From an uncultured Calditrichaceae bacterium (GTDB lineage: Bacteria; Calditrichota; Calditrichia; RBG-13-44-9), in contig CAZBWV010000035.1 of NCBI GenBank assembly GCA_964495805.1, positions 5,924 to 69,923 of the forward strand: a stretch of DNA of 64,000 nt. The letters are read 5' to 3'. Position numbers and translations under genes: made by a program. Position 1 is the stretch's first letter, and every line of letters starts with the position of its first letter. Below the pieces are notes generated by a model that saw only the letters and a program-made list of their open reading frames with translations, had not been told where the DNA came from and made no database searches. Positions 1 through 8,825 of the stretch are shown here, piece after piece.

Positions 1-42
1 GATATCGAGACACTATCTGAGCTACGCCATTTTGTAGAACAG

Positions 43-1530
43 GTGTATTCTCTGCTGTCTCCGGACTTCCGGGAAAGTAAGAGCGAACCGGAGCGAGCAA
101 CGGTTCTGGATCAGCTTTATGAGCGGGCGAAAGAATTGGTTTTGCGAGAGAACCTGACACCGGAGACCCTGTCTGCCGCCTATGCTCGCATCAGCCGAAG
201 TCCCAAACCGGTGAATGAATTGCGAGAAATTGCACGCAAGGAAGTGGATCGGGCACGAAAGTCCAATCAGAATATTATTTTCGGTTTGGGGCACAGTTCG
301 GTTGCCGAACATGCCGTATTTAATTTTGACGTGATTGATGTTTCGCGATTGGCGGTAGAATTCATTGAACACTTCCGGCTGGCATCTTTTACGGAAAAAT
401 CCCAGCGCTACGTACTTTTTCGGGATGAATTTGTGACTCCTGCGGAGCTGGAGTCAACGGATCTCCGGCAAGAATATCAGAGCGTGGTTAAGTCTCTTTT
501 CTCTGCGTACCACCAGCTGTACAAAAAACTTCGGCCGTATGTGTTCGAAAAATATGCTCACCTTGCCAGCGAGCGAAAGAATCACTCCATGCTGGAAGGA
601 TTGGCTAAAGAGGATGCCCGCTACATCACTCCCCTGGCTACCAGCACGCAGTTAGGCATAACTCTGAACGCCCGCTCCCTGGAACGAATGATTTCGAAGG
701 GAGCAGCCCATCCGCTTCAGGAGGTTCGACAATTCGCCCGAGCACTTTATCAGGCTTCGGCGCATTACGCTCCATCCCTTATCAAATACACCGAACCCAC
801 AAAATATTTGCTCAACAAAGAGGAGAAACTTCACCGGTTGTTAAATGTTTTTACAGCACCAGAAATATCGGAAGAACCAGCAGAAGAAGTTCGCCTGCTT
901 CAGGTAACACCGGACGCCGATCAGCATCTACTTACCACCTTATTTTTTCGCTACGCCTCTCTTTCCTTTCATCGTGCTCAACAGATGGCCAAACGTTTAA
1001 CCCCGGAAGATAAAAAGCGGATTTTTCGTGAAGTATTTCGTCACATCAATCCCTGGGATGCCGTACTCCGGGAATTTGAAACCGTTCAGATGACCTTTGA
1101 ATTGGTAGTCAGCGCTTCCAGTTATGCCCAGTTCAAACGGCACCGCATGGCCACCATCATTCCCCAGAATTACAATTTATCTCTGGGAACAACCATCCCA
1201 CCTGCCATTCGCGAGGTCGGCATGGAAGCATTTTTCCTGGAACACATTGAGCAGGCAGAAAAGTTGTACCGTAAACTCCAGCAATTCAATCCGGTAATTG
1301 CCCCTTATATTCTGACCAACGCCCACCGACGGCGCATTCTCTTTCAGCTCAATTTAAGGGAATTTTACCACTTCCTGCGCCTAAGGGAAGACGAACACGC
1401 CCAATGGGACATTCGTCAAACTGCGGAGCAGATGCACCGGACTGTATCCCGGCATCTTCCCCTGACCGGGGCTCTTCTGGCCGGGAAACACCGTTTTGTG
1501 GAAAGCTACCGGAAATTTTTCCAATCTTGA
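43..1530 (+). CDS. thyX: FAD-dependent thymidylate synthase ThyX, fused tandem-domain form of at least 495 aa. The reading frame is open back to window position 1, so the 5' end may lie upstream.
   Basis: The N-terminal half has the ThyX core (GHSSVAEHAVFNF...EKSQRY, EDARYITPLATST). The C-terminal half has a second ThyX core with the canonical RHR motif (QFKRHRMATIIPQNYNLS) and NAHRRRILFQLNLREFYHFLRLR. GTG start at 43. Confidence 0.8.
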   Translation: MYSLLSPDFRESKSEPERATVLDQLYERAKELVLRENLTPETLSAAYARISRSPKPVNELREIARKEVDRARKSNQNIIFGLGHSSVAEHAVFNFDVIDVSRLAVEFIEHFRLASFTEKSQRYVLFRDEFVTPAELESTDLRQEYQSVVKSLFSAYHQLYKKLRPYVFEKYAHLASERKNHSMLEGLAKEDARYITPLATSTQLGITLNARSLERMISKGAAHPLQEVRQFARALYQASAHYAPSLIKYTEPTKYLLNKEEKLHRLLNVFTAPEISEEPAEEVRLLQVTPDADQHLLTTLFFRYASLSFHRAQQMAKRLTPEDKKRIFREVFRHINPWDAVLREFETVQMTFELVVSASSYAQFKRHRMATIIPQNYNLSLGTTIPPAIREVGMEAFFLEHIEQAEKLYRKLQQFNPVIAPYILTNAHRRRILFQLNLREFYHFLRLREDEHAQWDIRQTAEQMHRTVSRHLPLTGALLAGKHRFVESYRKFFQS

Positions 1531-1580
1531 AACTTTTTTCTTTTCACCATCATCAAATTTAATTCAATAAGTCTGGAGGA

Positions 1581-1847
1581 ATGATTATGCCTACTTACAA
1601 ATATCGCTGTTCGTCATGTGGTTATGAATTCGAACAATTTAGCTCCATTTCCTCCTACAGCAGGGAATTAGAATGTCCCATTTGCGGTCACACTGCGCAT
1701 GTCATGATTACAGGTGGTTCCGGCCTGATTTTTAAAGGAAGCGGATTTTATATTACCGACTACAAAAACAAAAACAACGGAAACGGTTCCGGCAGTTCTA
1801 AAACTTCTTCTTCACCATCCAGTAGTTCCAAATCCGACAAAAAATAA
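1581..1847 (+). CDS. FmdB-family zinc-ribbon protein with an S/N/G-rich tail
   Basis: MPTYKYRCSSCGYEFE...CPICGH matches the CxxC-N-CxxC FmdB pattern. A strong GGAGGA SD sits 6 nt upstream. Confidence 0.7.
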   Translation: MIMPTYKYRCSSCGYEFEQFSSISSYSRELECPICGHTAHVMITGGSGLIFKGSGFYITDYKNKNNGNGSGSSKTSSSPSSSSKSDKK

Positions 1848-1929
1848 ATGGTTGACGAAAAAAACTTGTTTATTATGCTGCGTCTGTCTGGTCGCAGCAT
1901 TTTTTATTTTTTCAGGAAGGAAATCGCTT

Positions 1930-2577
1930 ATGATTTCGGTTGATTTAATAATTTTCGATTTAGATGGAACCCTGGTGGACTCCACGCTGGATATTGCCCA
2001 AACCACCAATTATGTGCTGGAAAAATTAGGATTTCATTCCCTTCCGATGGAGCAAATCAAGTCCTATGTAGGAGATGGAATTGCTCGTCTGGTGGAACGG
2101 AGTCTGAGCACCCAGACCCATCCGGATGAGCAACTGCTCAAACGTGCGCTGGATTTGTATTATCAGCATCATGAGGCACATTGCACCGACTTTTCCAGAC
2201 CATTTCCCGGTGTTGTGGAAACCCTTGACTATTTTGTCCGCAAGAAAAAGATTGTGATTAGCAACAAAGCGGAACGTTTTAGCCAAAAAGTGCTAAAAGA
2301 GCTGAATCTGGACAGGTATTTTGAGCTCATTCTGGGGGGTGATTCACTGCCGTTTAAAAAACCTGACCCGCGGGTTATCCAAACTGTACTCAAACAATTT
2401 TCTATCTCTCCCCAAAAAGCTATCATTGTTGGGGACGGACCCCAGGATATTGAGTGTGGACACCGGGCAGGAATTTACACCTGTGGAGTAACCTACGGAT
2501 TTCGTCCAGTTCACGAACTCCAGAAAGCTGATTTTTTAATAGAGCAAATGGCGAAATTGAAGGATATTTTGATATAG
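1930..2577 (+). CDS. HAD-IA family hydrolase (phosphoglycolate phosphatase-like)
   Basis: Motif I IIFDLDGTLVDS, motif III-like K(K)PDP, and IIVGDGPQD. The start was moved to the internal ATG that follows AGGAAGG. Confidence 0.75.
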   Translation: MISVDLIIFDLDGTLVDSTLDIAQTTNYVLEKLGFHSLPMEQIKSYVGDGIARLVERSLSTQTHPDEQLLKRALDLYYQHHEAHCTDFSRPFPGVVETLDYFVRKKKIVISNKAERFSQKVLKELNLDRYFELILGGDSLPFKKPDPRVIQTVLKQFSISPQKAIIVGDGPQDIECGHRAGIYTCGVTYGFRPVHELQKADFLIEQMAKLKDILI

Positions 2578-2890
2578 AAGAAATAAAGATTTGTTATTAA
2601 AAAAATCATCATCATTATCATCATTCTGTTCATTTCTGTGAAATACCGAATCTATCAGATAATATGCGAATGTCAATGTGAAAATGATGTGAAAAACTCT
2701 GGATATGGCTGATCAAAAAGTAGAATCATTTTGTTTGTCACTCAAAGTTGTTCACATTTCCTCACAATCAATTCACCCGAAAAATAGAAATGTTCAAAGG
2801 ATTGATAAAAAAAAGTAAGTAGGTAAGAAAACAGGGTGAAAAACAATTTCATAAGCAATGATGTGGATTGTTTGTTAAAGTGGGGTAAAT

Positions 2891-2968
2891 TGGTGGGCGC
2901 TACTGGATTCGAACCAGTGACCTCCGCCTTGTAAGGGCGGCGCTCTAAACCAGCTGAGCTAAGCGCCC
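2891..2968 (-). tRNA. tRNA-Val (anticodon TAC)
   Basis: The reverse complement folds as a cloverleaf: acceptor GGGCGCT/AGCGCCC, T-arm ACTGG-TTCGAAT-CCAGT, anticodon stem CCGCC/GGCGG with loop CTTACAA, and an encoded CCA. Confidence 0.9.
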
Positions 2969-2983
2969 GGAAAAATGTATGGA

Positions 2984-3229
2984 TTATTGCTGTTTGCCTC
3001 GGTAGAAGAGTCCGATGGGAATAATGATCAGGTAGCCAATAACCAGAATGATGGGAGAAAGTGTACGGGTTAAAAAAGCGTCCGGATCGTCGGGAATAAG
3101 CATAAAAATGTAACCAACCGCCAGCACCACAATTCCTAATAACAGGATGTAAAGATTGGTGCGATTCAGCGGAAAATGAAATCGGGGTTTAAAACTTTCT
3201 TTTTTTACTTTTTCTTTTGCTTTTGCCAT
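2984..3229 (-). CDS. small membrane protein (DUF3098-like, 2 TM)
   Basis: An 81-aa product MAKAKEKVKK... with two hydrophobic helices. The longer ORF back to 3319 lacks a plausible start, and no SD was seen. Confidence 0.45.
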   Translation of the reverse strand: MAKAKEKVKKESFKPRFHFPLNRTNLYILLLGIVVLAVGYIFMLIPDDPDAFLTRTLSPIILVIGYLIIIPIGLFYRGKQQ

Positions 3230-3344
3230 TGTTTTCAGTAGTTTTCGTTCAAAGCAGGCAAAATTTACTGGAAACAAAAGCTTAAAGCAAGAAGTTTTAA
3301 GAAAAAGAAAATCATTCAAGAATAACTATTGAGGAGGACACTGC

Positions 3345-4328
3345 ATGATTCGCGAAATTGTGCACAACGGAATTACCGTGGATGAGCATGCCCGGAAAGC
3401 GATTGATCGGAAAATTCAGAAACTGGAAGCCATGCTGGAAAAATTTCAGCCGGATATGGTGAAACTGCGCATGAAGTTAAACAAATTGAACAAGCGGGAA
3501 GAGTACACAGTGGATTTAATCCTGGAACTGCCCAACAAAACACTGCGTGCAAGTAAAAGCGGTGACAAACTTTCTAAGGCGCTGAATGAATCGTTTAACA
3601 GTCTGATTCGAGAGGTAAAAAAGTTTAAAGCCTTCCTGCGACGGGAACCGGATTACAAACGTAAAATCCGTCCCACTTACAAGGAGATGTTATTAAAAAC
3701 AACCACTCCGGAAGAAACCCAGGAACTGTACCTGGACTTCATTGAAAAGAATTTCCAGCGTTTTTACAATTTTGCCTACCGGGAGATTCGGAATCGAATC
3801 TATCAGGGATTACTCAAGCCCGGTGAGCTGATGGTGCAGGATGTGCTGGACGAGGCGATCCTGAAAATTTCCGAAGAAGTCGAGCCCAATTTCGATGAGA
3901 AACAGGTGCGGAAACGGGTGTATCAAGCCATAGAGACAATTATCAAACGGAAGGTCAAGGAAGTTCGTTTCCGTCGGGTACCTTTGGAGAAAACGGTGGA
4001 AATTCACGATCTGGATACCGAATTGTACGAATACTATCAACCGGATGATGTGGTAAAGGTGGAGGATGTCATTCCCGATCCGACTTCTCCTGAGCCGGAA
4101 GACTGGTACGAAGAAGAAGAAATTGAAGAAACAGTGGACCGGGTGATCTCCCTGTTGCCGAACCGCTGGCGGCAGGCACTTCAACTGGTGGAAATGGAAG
4201 GTTTTTCGCCAGAGGAGGTGGCTATGATTCAGGGAGTACCTGCGGAAAAGGTGAAACAGGAAGTGGAAAATGCCAAACAGTTTATACGCGAAAAACTCCA
4301 GGACTACGGATTGAAATGGAATCGGTAG
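3345..4328 (+). CDS. fusion protein of an N-terminal ribosome hibernation promoting factor (HPF/RaiA) domain and a C-terminal ECF-like sigma-70 domain (regions 2 and 4)
   Basis: The first 110 aa or so align to short HPF (GITVDEHARKAIDRKIQKLE...YTVDL...ASKSGDKLSKALNESFNSLIREVKKFK). The C-terminus carries sigma-70 region 2 (LMVQDVLDEAILKI) and region 4 (LPNRWRQALQLVEMEGFSPEEVAMIQGVPAEKVKQEV). A GAGGAGGA SD lies upstream, and it is one continuous frame. Confidence 0.7.
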   Translation: MIREIVHNGITVDEHARKAIDRKIQKLEAMLEKFQPDMVKLRMKLNKLNKREEYTVDLILELPNKTLRASKSGDKLSKALNESFNSLIREVKKFKAFLRREPDYKRKIRPTYKEMLLKTTTPEETQELYLDFIEKNFQRFYNFAYREIRNRIYQGLLKPGELMVQDVLDEAILKISEEVEPNFDEKQVRKRVYQAIETIIKRKVKEVRFRRVPLEKTVEIHDLDTELYEYYQPDDVVKVEDVIPDPTSPEPEDWYEEEEIEETVDRVISLLPNRWRQALQLVEMEGFSPEEVAMIQGVPAEKVKQEVENAKQFIREKLQDYGLKWNR

Positions 4329-4362
4329 CCTGGTTGCCCATTCCGATTGTGAATAAATTACA

Positions 4363-4397
4363 GGCCGTCTGTTCGCAGGCGGCCTTTTAATTTTTAT
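4363..4397 (+). terminator. rho-independent terminator
   Basis: GGCCGTCTG-TTCG-CAGGCGGCC hairpin followed by TTTTAATTTTTAT. Confidence 0.5.
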
Positions 4398-4432
4398 CTT
4401 GAAATCGTCGATTCCGAAATAGGAATTATGCG

Positions 4433-5527
4433 TTATTTTAGAGATAGTTTCAGCAACGGAAGTAATTTTGTCCACGCCATATCCGGTGTAAGCTCCCGCA
4501 TGCAGCGGAAGTGCCCTTTCGGGCAAGTTTCCCGACCAATGTGAGAGCAAGGGCGGCAACTCAGCGATTGGTTTTCCAGAACAACCGAATGAGAAGAAAG
4601 GGGGAAAAAGCCCAACTCTTTCACCGTGGAACCAAATATTGCCAGGGTGGGAATCTGAAGTGCATCGGCAATGTGCATCAGTCCGGAATCGTTGGTTACC
4701 ATTGCTGTGCTCAGGTGGATCACCCCGACGGTAAATAGGAGAGGAAGTTCACCGGTGAGAGAGATGATAGATTTCTCCCTGGAATGCTTCAACACTTCCC
4801 GGGCAACCGGTTGGTCTTCCGGTCCGCCCACCAGCACGGTTTTCAGCTGAAAATTCCGGTACAGTAAATCAGCCAGTTGTGCAAAATATTCTGCTGGCCA
4901 CCGCTTGGTGAAATGGCGTGAGCCGGGAGCCATAACCACAAACGGCGGATCAATACCATTGGAATGAAGAATGTTCCGGGCACGAGTCCGGTATTGTAAA
5001 GGATAAGGGAACTCAAAGACTTCCGGAGATTGAGGAACTCCCAGAGGCTGAGCCGTTTTTAAATATTTTTCCCGCACAGAAAGTGTACGCCCGTACCACT
5101 GCCGATACAGGTTGATTTTAAAATGTACCAGCAAAAAGCGGGCAATTTGTTGTTTGCGAATCCGGTAAACCCGGATCTGAGGTTTACCGGTTAGCCATCG
5201 CACCAGCGGTAAGGGGAACCGGCTCCCCGCTAACAGAACAAACGTTCGTAAATTGCGGTGAATATCCAGAATCACCGGGTAGTTCTGTTCCCGGATGTCC
5301 TTGCGCAACTGAAGAAGTCCGGGTAAGCCGTCAGAAGGGTTGAGTGTAATGACCCGATCCACAAAAGGGTGATTTTCCAGCAGTTCCCTGTATTCCGGTC
5401 GAACCAGAAAATGAATCCTTGCCCGGGGAAATGTCCGATGAAGCTGGTGGATCAGGGGATAACTCAAGACGATATCCCCCAGGGAAGAGAGGCGGATGAT
5501 GAGAATTTTATCCGGGTAAAAGTCCAT
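4433..5527 (-). CDS. glycosyltransferase family 9 (ADP-heptose:LPS heptosyltransferase-like)
   Basis: N-terminus KILIIRLSSLGDIVLSYPLI, plus GPEDQPVAREV and LAIFGST, which are typical of RfaF/WaaC-type GT9. Confidence 0.8.
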   Translation of the reverse strand: MDFYPDKILIIRLSSLGDIVLSYPLIHQLHRTFPRARIHFLVRPEYRELLENHPFVDRVITLNPSDGLPGLLQLRKDIREQNYPVILDIHRNLRTFVLLAGSRFPLPLVRWLTGKPQIRVYRIRKQQIARFLLVHFKINLYRQWYGRTLSVREKYLKTAQPLGVPQSPEVFEFPYPLQYRTRARNILHSNGIDPPFVVMAPGSRHFTKRWPAEYFAQLADLLYRNFQLKTVLVGGPEDQPVAREVLKHSREKSIISLTGELPLLFTVGVIHLSTAMVTNDSGLMHIADALQIPTLAIFGSTVKELGFFPLSSHSVVLENQSLSCRPCSHIGRETCPKGHFRCMRELTPDMAWTKLLPLLKLSLK

Positions 5528-5533
5528 ACTTAC

Positions 5534-6562
5534 TCAACGGTTTTGCGGATTCGGGATGATGCGGCGGAAGCGTTTTGCCAGACCCGGGGAGGCGGAAACG
5601 TTCAGCTCTCCTTCGCGGATGGTCACAAAAACGGCTTCCAGATCGGGGTGTCGCCGCAGAAATGCCATTCCCTTTTCCTTCCCCATGACGAAAAGGGCGG
5701 TAGAAAGTCCGTCCGCCTGGGTAGCCTTCGGTGCCAGCACGGTAACGCTTACCACTCCCCGGGACGGATAACCGGTTTTGGGATTCAGGATATGGTGATA
5801 GCGAACGGAATCCTGAAAAAAATAGTCCTGGTAATCCCCGGAGGTAGCCACCCCGCAACTTCTTGCCAGGGAAAAGGAGCCCAGAAATGTTCCTTCCTGG
5901 CGTGGATGACGAATATACACGGTAATGGAGTCCCGGCGATGCCATTCAATCCCAAGGTTGCCTCCCGCATCGACGATAAAATTCCGGAAACCGAAGCTTT
6001 TCAGCACCGTTCTGGCCTGTTCCACCGCATACCCTTTGCTGATTCCGCTCAGGTCCAGTCCCATACTGTCGGCAAAAAATAGCACTTTGCCGGAATCAAT
6101 TCGAAAATTTCTGTAATTGACCCGGGGGAGATTCCGGAGAATCTGGTTTTTCTCCGGCACACGGGCGCTATCTGTGCCGAAATGCCATAGCCGAAATACC
6201 GGCCACAAAGTAGGATCGTAGGCGCCGTCTGTTTTGCTGGCAACGTTGCGGGCTTGGCGAAGAATGGGCAAAAGCAGCGGAGAAACCTCCACAGGCTGCT
6301 TGGCCTTGGCTGTGGCATTGATCCGGGCAATTTCCGAACGGGAGTCGAACGGGTTGGTGTGCGCTTCGATTTGCTGAATCCGGCGAAAGGCGCTATCCGT
6401 TGCCTGCGCCATCAAATCCCGATTCAAGGTGGAATCGTAAATGGTGATGCGAACAAACGTACCCAGCAACAGCTCGCCGTCGCGATAGGGCTGATATTGT
6501 TTCCGATGACATCCCGGGAGGGCAAAAATTCCGATTAAAAAGAAAAGAAGCAGGTATTTCAT
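5534..6562 (-). CDS. apbE: FAD:protein FMN transferase ApbE (lipoprotein)
   Basis: A signal peptide ending in a LPGC lipobox-like sequence, and the ApbE motifs GISKGYAVEQ and DAGGN. It is adjacent to the rnf operon. Confidence 0.8.
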   Translation of the reverse strand: MKYLLLFFLIGIFALPGCHRKQYQPYRDGELLLGTFVRITIYDSTLNRDLMAQATDSAFRRIQQIEAHTNPFDSRSEIARINATAKAKQPVEVSPLLLPILRQARNVASKTDGAYDPTLWPVFRLWHFGTDSARVPEKNQILRNLPRVNYRNFRIDSGKVLFFADSMGLDLSGISKGYAVEQARTVLKSFGFRNFIVDAGGNLGIEWHRRDSITVYIRHPRQEGTFLGSFSLARSCGVATSGDYQDYFFQDSVRYHHILNPKTGYPSRGVVSVTVLAPKATQADGLSTALFVMGKEKGMAFLRRHPDLEAVFVTIREGELNVSASPGLAKRFRRIIPNPQNR

Positions 6563-6589
6563 GAGACAATTTAGTTATCCGAAATCCGG

Positions 6590-7567
6590 TTACTTGGTGC
6601 GGTTAACAACAAATTCCGCCAGGTCTTTTAACACAATGCGTGCTTTGCTGTCCGGTAGCTTTTCCAGCTCTGCCAGCGCACGGTCCTTGTACTCCCGCGC
6701 TTTGGCTTCCGCCCGCTTGATGCCCTGATATTTGAAGATGAAATCCACGATATAATTGATTTCTTTCTTCTCTACACCGTTTTTGAGCATACGGGTAATC
6801 TTTTTCCGCTCGCTGCTGTCCACCGACTCCAGCGCATAAATCAACGGGAGAGTGATTTTTTTCTCCTTCAAATCGTGACCCACCGGTTTGCCTAAAATAC
6901 TGGAACGGCTCTGGTAGTCCAGCAGGTCGTCTTTGATCTGGAAAGCGATTCCCAGATACTCGCCAAAGGAACGCAGCGTTTCTCGCTCCCGGTCGGTGGC
7001 GTTAACCGTAATGGCACCGATTTCGCAACAGGCGGAGATGAGCGAAGCGGTCTTGTCCGAAATCATCTGGAAATATTCGGATTCGTTGATGTTCAGTTTG
7101 CGGGATTTCTGGATTTGGAGCAGTTCCCCTTTGCTGAGCCGCTTGGCTACGTTGGCAATAATGTTCATCAGCTCCAGGTGACCAATCTCTGTGGCAATAA
7201 TCAGGGATTTGGAGAGCAGGTAATCTCCCATCAATACGGCAATTTTATTTTTCCACACTGCATTGATGGTGGGGAATCCCCGCCGGATTTCCGCCTCGTC
7301 CACCACATCGTCATGCACCAGGGTAGCGGTGTGAAGCAGTTCCACCACCACTGCCGCTTTGTAGGTTTTTTCCCCGGGATCGGCCAGCGTACGTGCCGAA
7401 GTAATTACCAGCATAGGGCGAAACTGTTTGCCTTTGTGCCGAACCAGGTATTTGGCCACCTCGTCCACAATCCGGACGTTGGAAGCCATGCTTTTTTTAA
7501 AGTAATCCTGAAAAACCCGAAGGTCGTGGGAAAACGGCTTAAAAATTTTTTTAGCGGAAAGAGCCAT
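6590..7567 (-). CDS. ispB: polyprenyl (octaprenyl/all-trans) diphosphate synthase
   Basis: First DDxxD motif LVHDDVVDEAEIRRG and second motif FQIKDDLLDY. Confidence 0.85.
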   Translation of the reverse strand: MALSAKKIFKPFSHDLRVFQDYFKKSMASNVRIVDEVAKYLVRHKGKQFRPMLVITSARTLADPGEKTYKAAVVVELLHTATLVHDDVVDEAEIRRGFPTINAVWKNKIAVLMGDYLLSKSLIIATEIGHLELMNIIANVAKRLSKGELLQIQKSRKLNINESEYFQMISDKTASLISACCEIGAITVNATDRERETLRSFGEYLGIAFQIKDDLLDYQSRSSILGKPVGHDLKEKKITLPLIYALESVDSSERKKITRMLKNGVEKKEINYIVDFIFKYQGIKRAEAKAREYKDRALAELEKLPDSKARIVLKDLAEFVVNRTK

Positions 7568-7675
7568 AATTATAAAAAGTTAACAGATTCCGTTTTGAGC
7601 GAACCTTTCCTCCCTTCAGGAGGTAAATTTACGAAAATATCACGAAAAATGGATGTGCTAAAATAAATTCGACTT

Positions 7676-8512
7676 TTATTCGGAGCCAGTGGTCTCTTCT
7701 CCGGTCTGAGCAGATTTCTTCTCTGCCTGTTCTCGCTCGTATTCCTCCTGCCTTTCCTGCTTAGATTTGTAAACCAGTTTTGAGACAAAGATGGAGAATT
7801 CGTACAGAACAATCAAAGGAATGGCCAGCATGACCTGCGTGAAGGGATCGGGTGGGGTGAGTATGGCTGCCAGAACAAAAATCAGCACGATTGCGTGACG
7901 TCGGTATTTTCGCATAAGATCCGGAGAGATGAGCCCGATTTTACTGAGGAAGAAGCTGAGCACCGGCAATTCGAAAATGATCCCAAAAATCACCAGCAAA
8001 CGGATGGTAAACCCGATGTAAAAATCGATGGCGATGTTGGTTTTCACGCTGGGTGGTGCCAGATTCAGGAAAAAATTCAGGGCAAACGGAAGAATTACAA
8101 AATAGGCAAACGCCACCCCGGCCAGGAATAGAAAAGTTGCCGAACTAATCAATCGGGGAAAATATCGCCGTTCTTTCGGGTACAACCCCGGGGCAATAAA
8201 AGCCCAAATCTGGTACAGAATGTAAGGAAGGCTCAAAATCAGGCCGCCGAAGAAGGCAATTTCTAACGTGACCAGAAACATGCCCTGAACTTTCAGCACC
8301 TGAATTTCCAGAGGCAGATTCACCCGTGTAGTGGGCCACAGCAACGCATTTAGCAACTGCTTGGAGAAAATCAGGCACAGCCCCGCTGCAATAATGACTG
8401 CCAGCAGCGACTTGATGATGCGATTCCGCAATTCCTCCAGATGTTCCAGAAAGGGCATTTCTTTGTCTTCGTACTTCACGGCCGTCCGTTGGTTTTCTTG
8501 TTCAATTCCCAA
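7676..8512 (-). CDS. tatC: twin-arginine translocase subunit TatC
   Basis: MPFLEHLEELRNRIIKSLL... with 6 TM. An alternative start at 8458 (MPFLEH) is possible. No tatA lies adjacent. Confidence 0.85.
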   Translation of the reverse strand: MGIEQENQRTAVKYEDKEMPFLEHLEELRNRIIKSLLAVIIAAGLCLIFSKQLLNALLWPTTRVNLPLEIQVLKVQGMFLVTLEIAFFGGLILSLPYILYQIWAFIAPGLYPKERRYFPRLISSATFLFLAGVAFAYFVILPFALNFFLNLAPPSVKTNIAIDFYIGFTIRLLVIFGIIFELPVLSFFLSKIGLISPDLMRKYRRHAIVLIFVLAAILTPPDPFTQVMLAIPLIVLYEFSIFVSKLVYKSKQERQEEYEREQAEKKSAQTGEETTGSE

Positions 8513-8767
8513 ATATAATAACGAAATCGGAAAAAATTAAGCAGGGTTTTATTTTAGATGGAGTTTTGATTTTGAGTGGTTTCTGACCTTCATGATTGTT
8601 TTTCGCTGAACGGATGGTTCCGGAAGTACAGATGGGATGATTCGTTTGTTGTGTTACGAAATCAGCAAACGTATTAAGCCACCTTTAAAAGCGCCACTAA
8701 AAATCTGTGGATTCCATTCTGTTGTAAAAGAAATTGCGGAACCACCCCTTTCTGTTTATTCCATCGA

Positions 8768-8796
8768 AACAAAAAACCCGACCGCGACGGTCGGGC
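8768..8796 (-). terminator. rho-independent terminator downstream of rnfA
   Basis: CCCGACCG-CGA-CGGTCGGG hairpin followed, on the minus strand, by TTTTTTGTTT. Confidence 0.5.
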
Positions 8797-8825
8797 TGTT
8801 GTATTCCGCTTGTAAGCCGTTGGAA

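Noticed and set aside
3810-4559. Long antisense or overlapping ORFs inside confidently assigned genes. Examples are 3810-4559 (-), 5369-6082 (+), 11726-12397 (+), 12010-12528 (+), 15491-16015 (-), 18541-18933 (-), 22357-22878 (-), 27282-28088 (-), 40842-41339 (+), 49309-50130 (+) and 53046-53609 (-).
   Set aside because: Each lies opposite or out of frame to an ORF with clear family motifs. They have no SD or recognisable domains and show low-complexity, R/G/P-rich translations typical of shadow ORFs.
8513-8825. tatA next to tatC, and the ORF at 8637-8936 (+) in the 313-bp intergenic region
   Set aside because: Translating both strands of the region gives no TatA-like small TM protein. The 99-aa ORF overlaps the rnfA terminator, has no SD or homology, and reads as intergenic noise.
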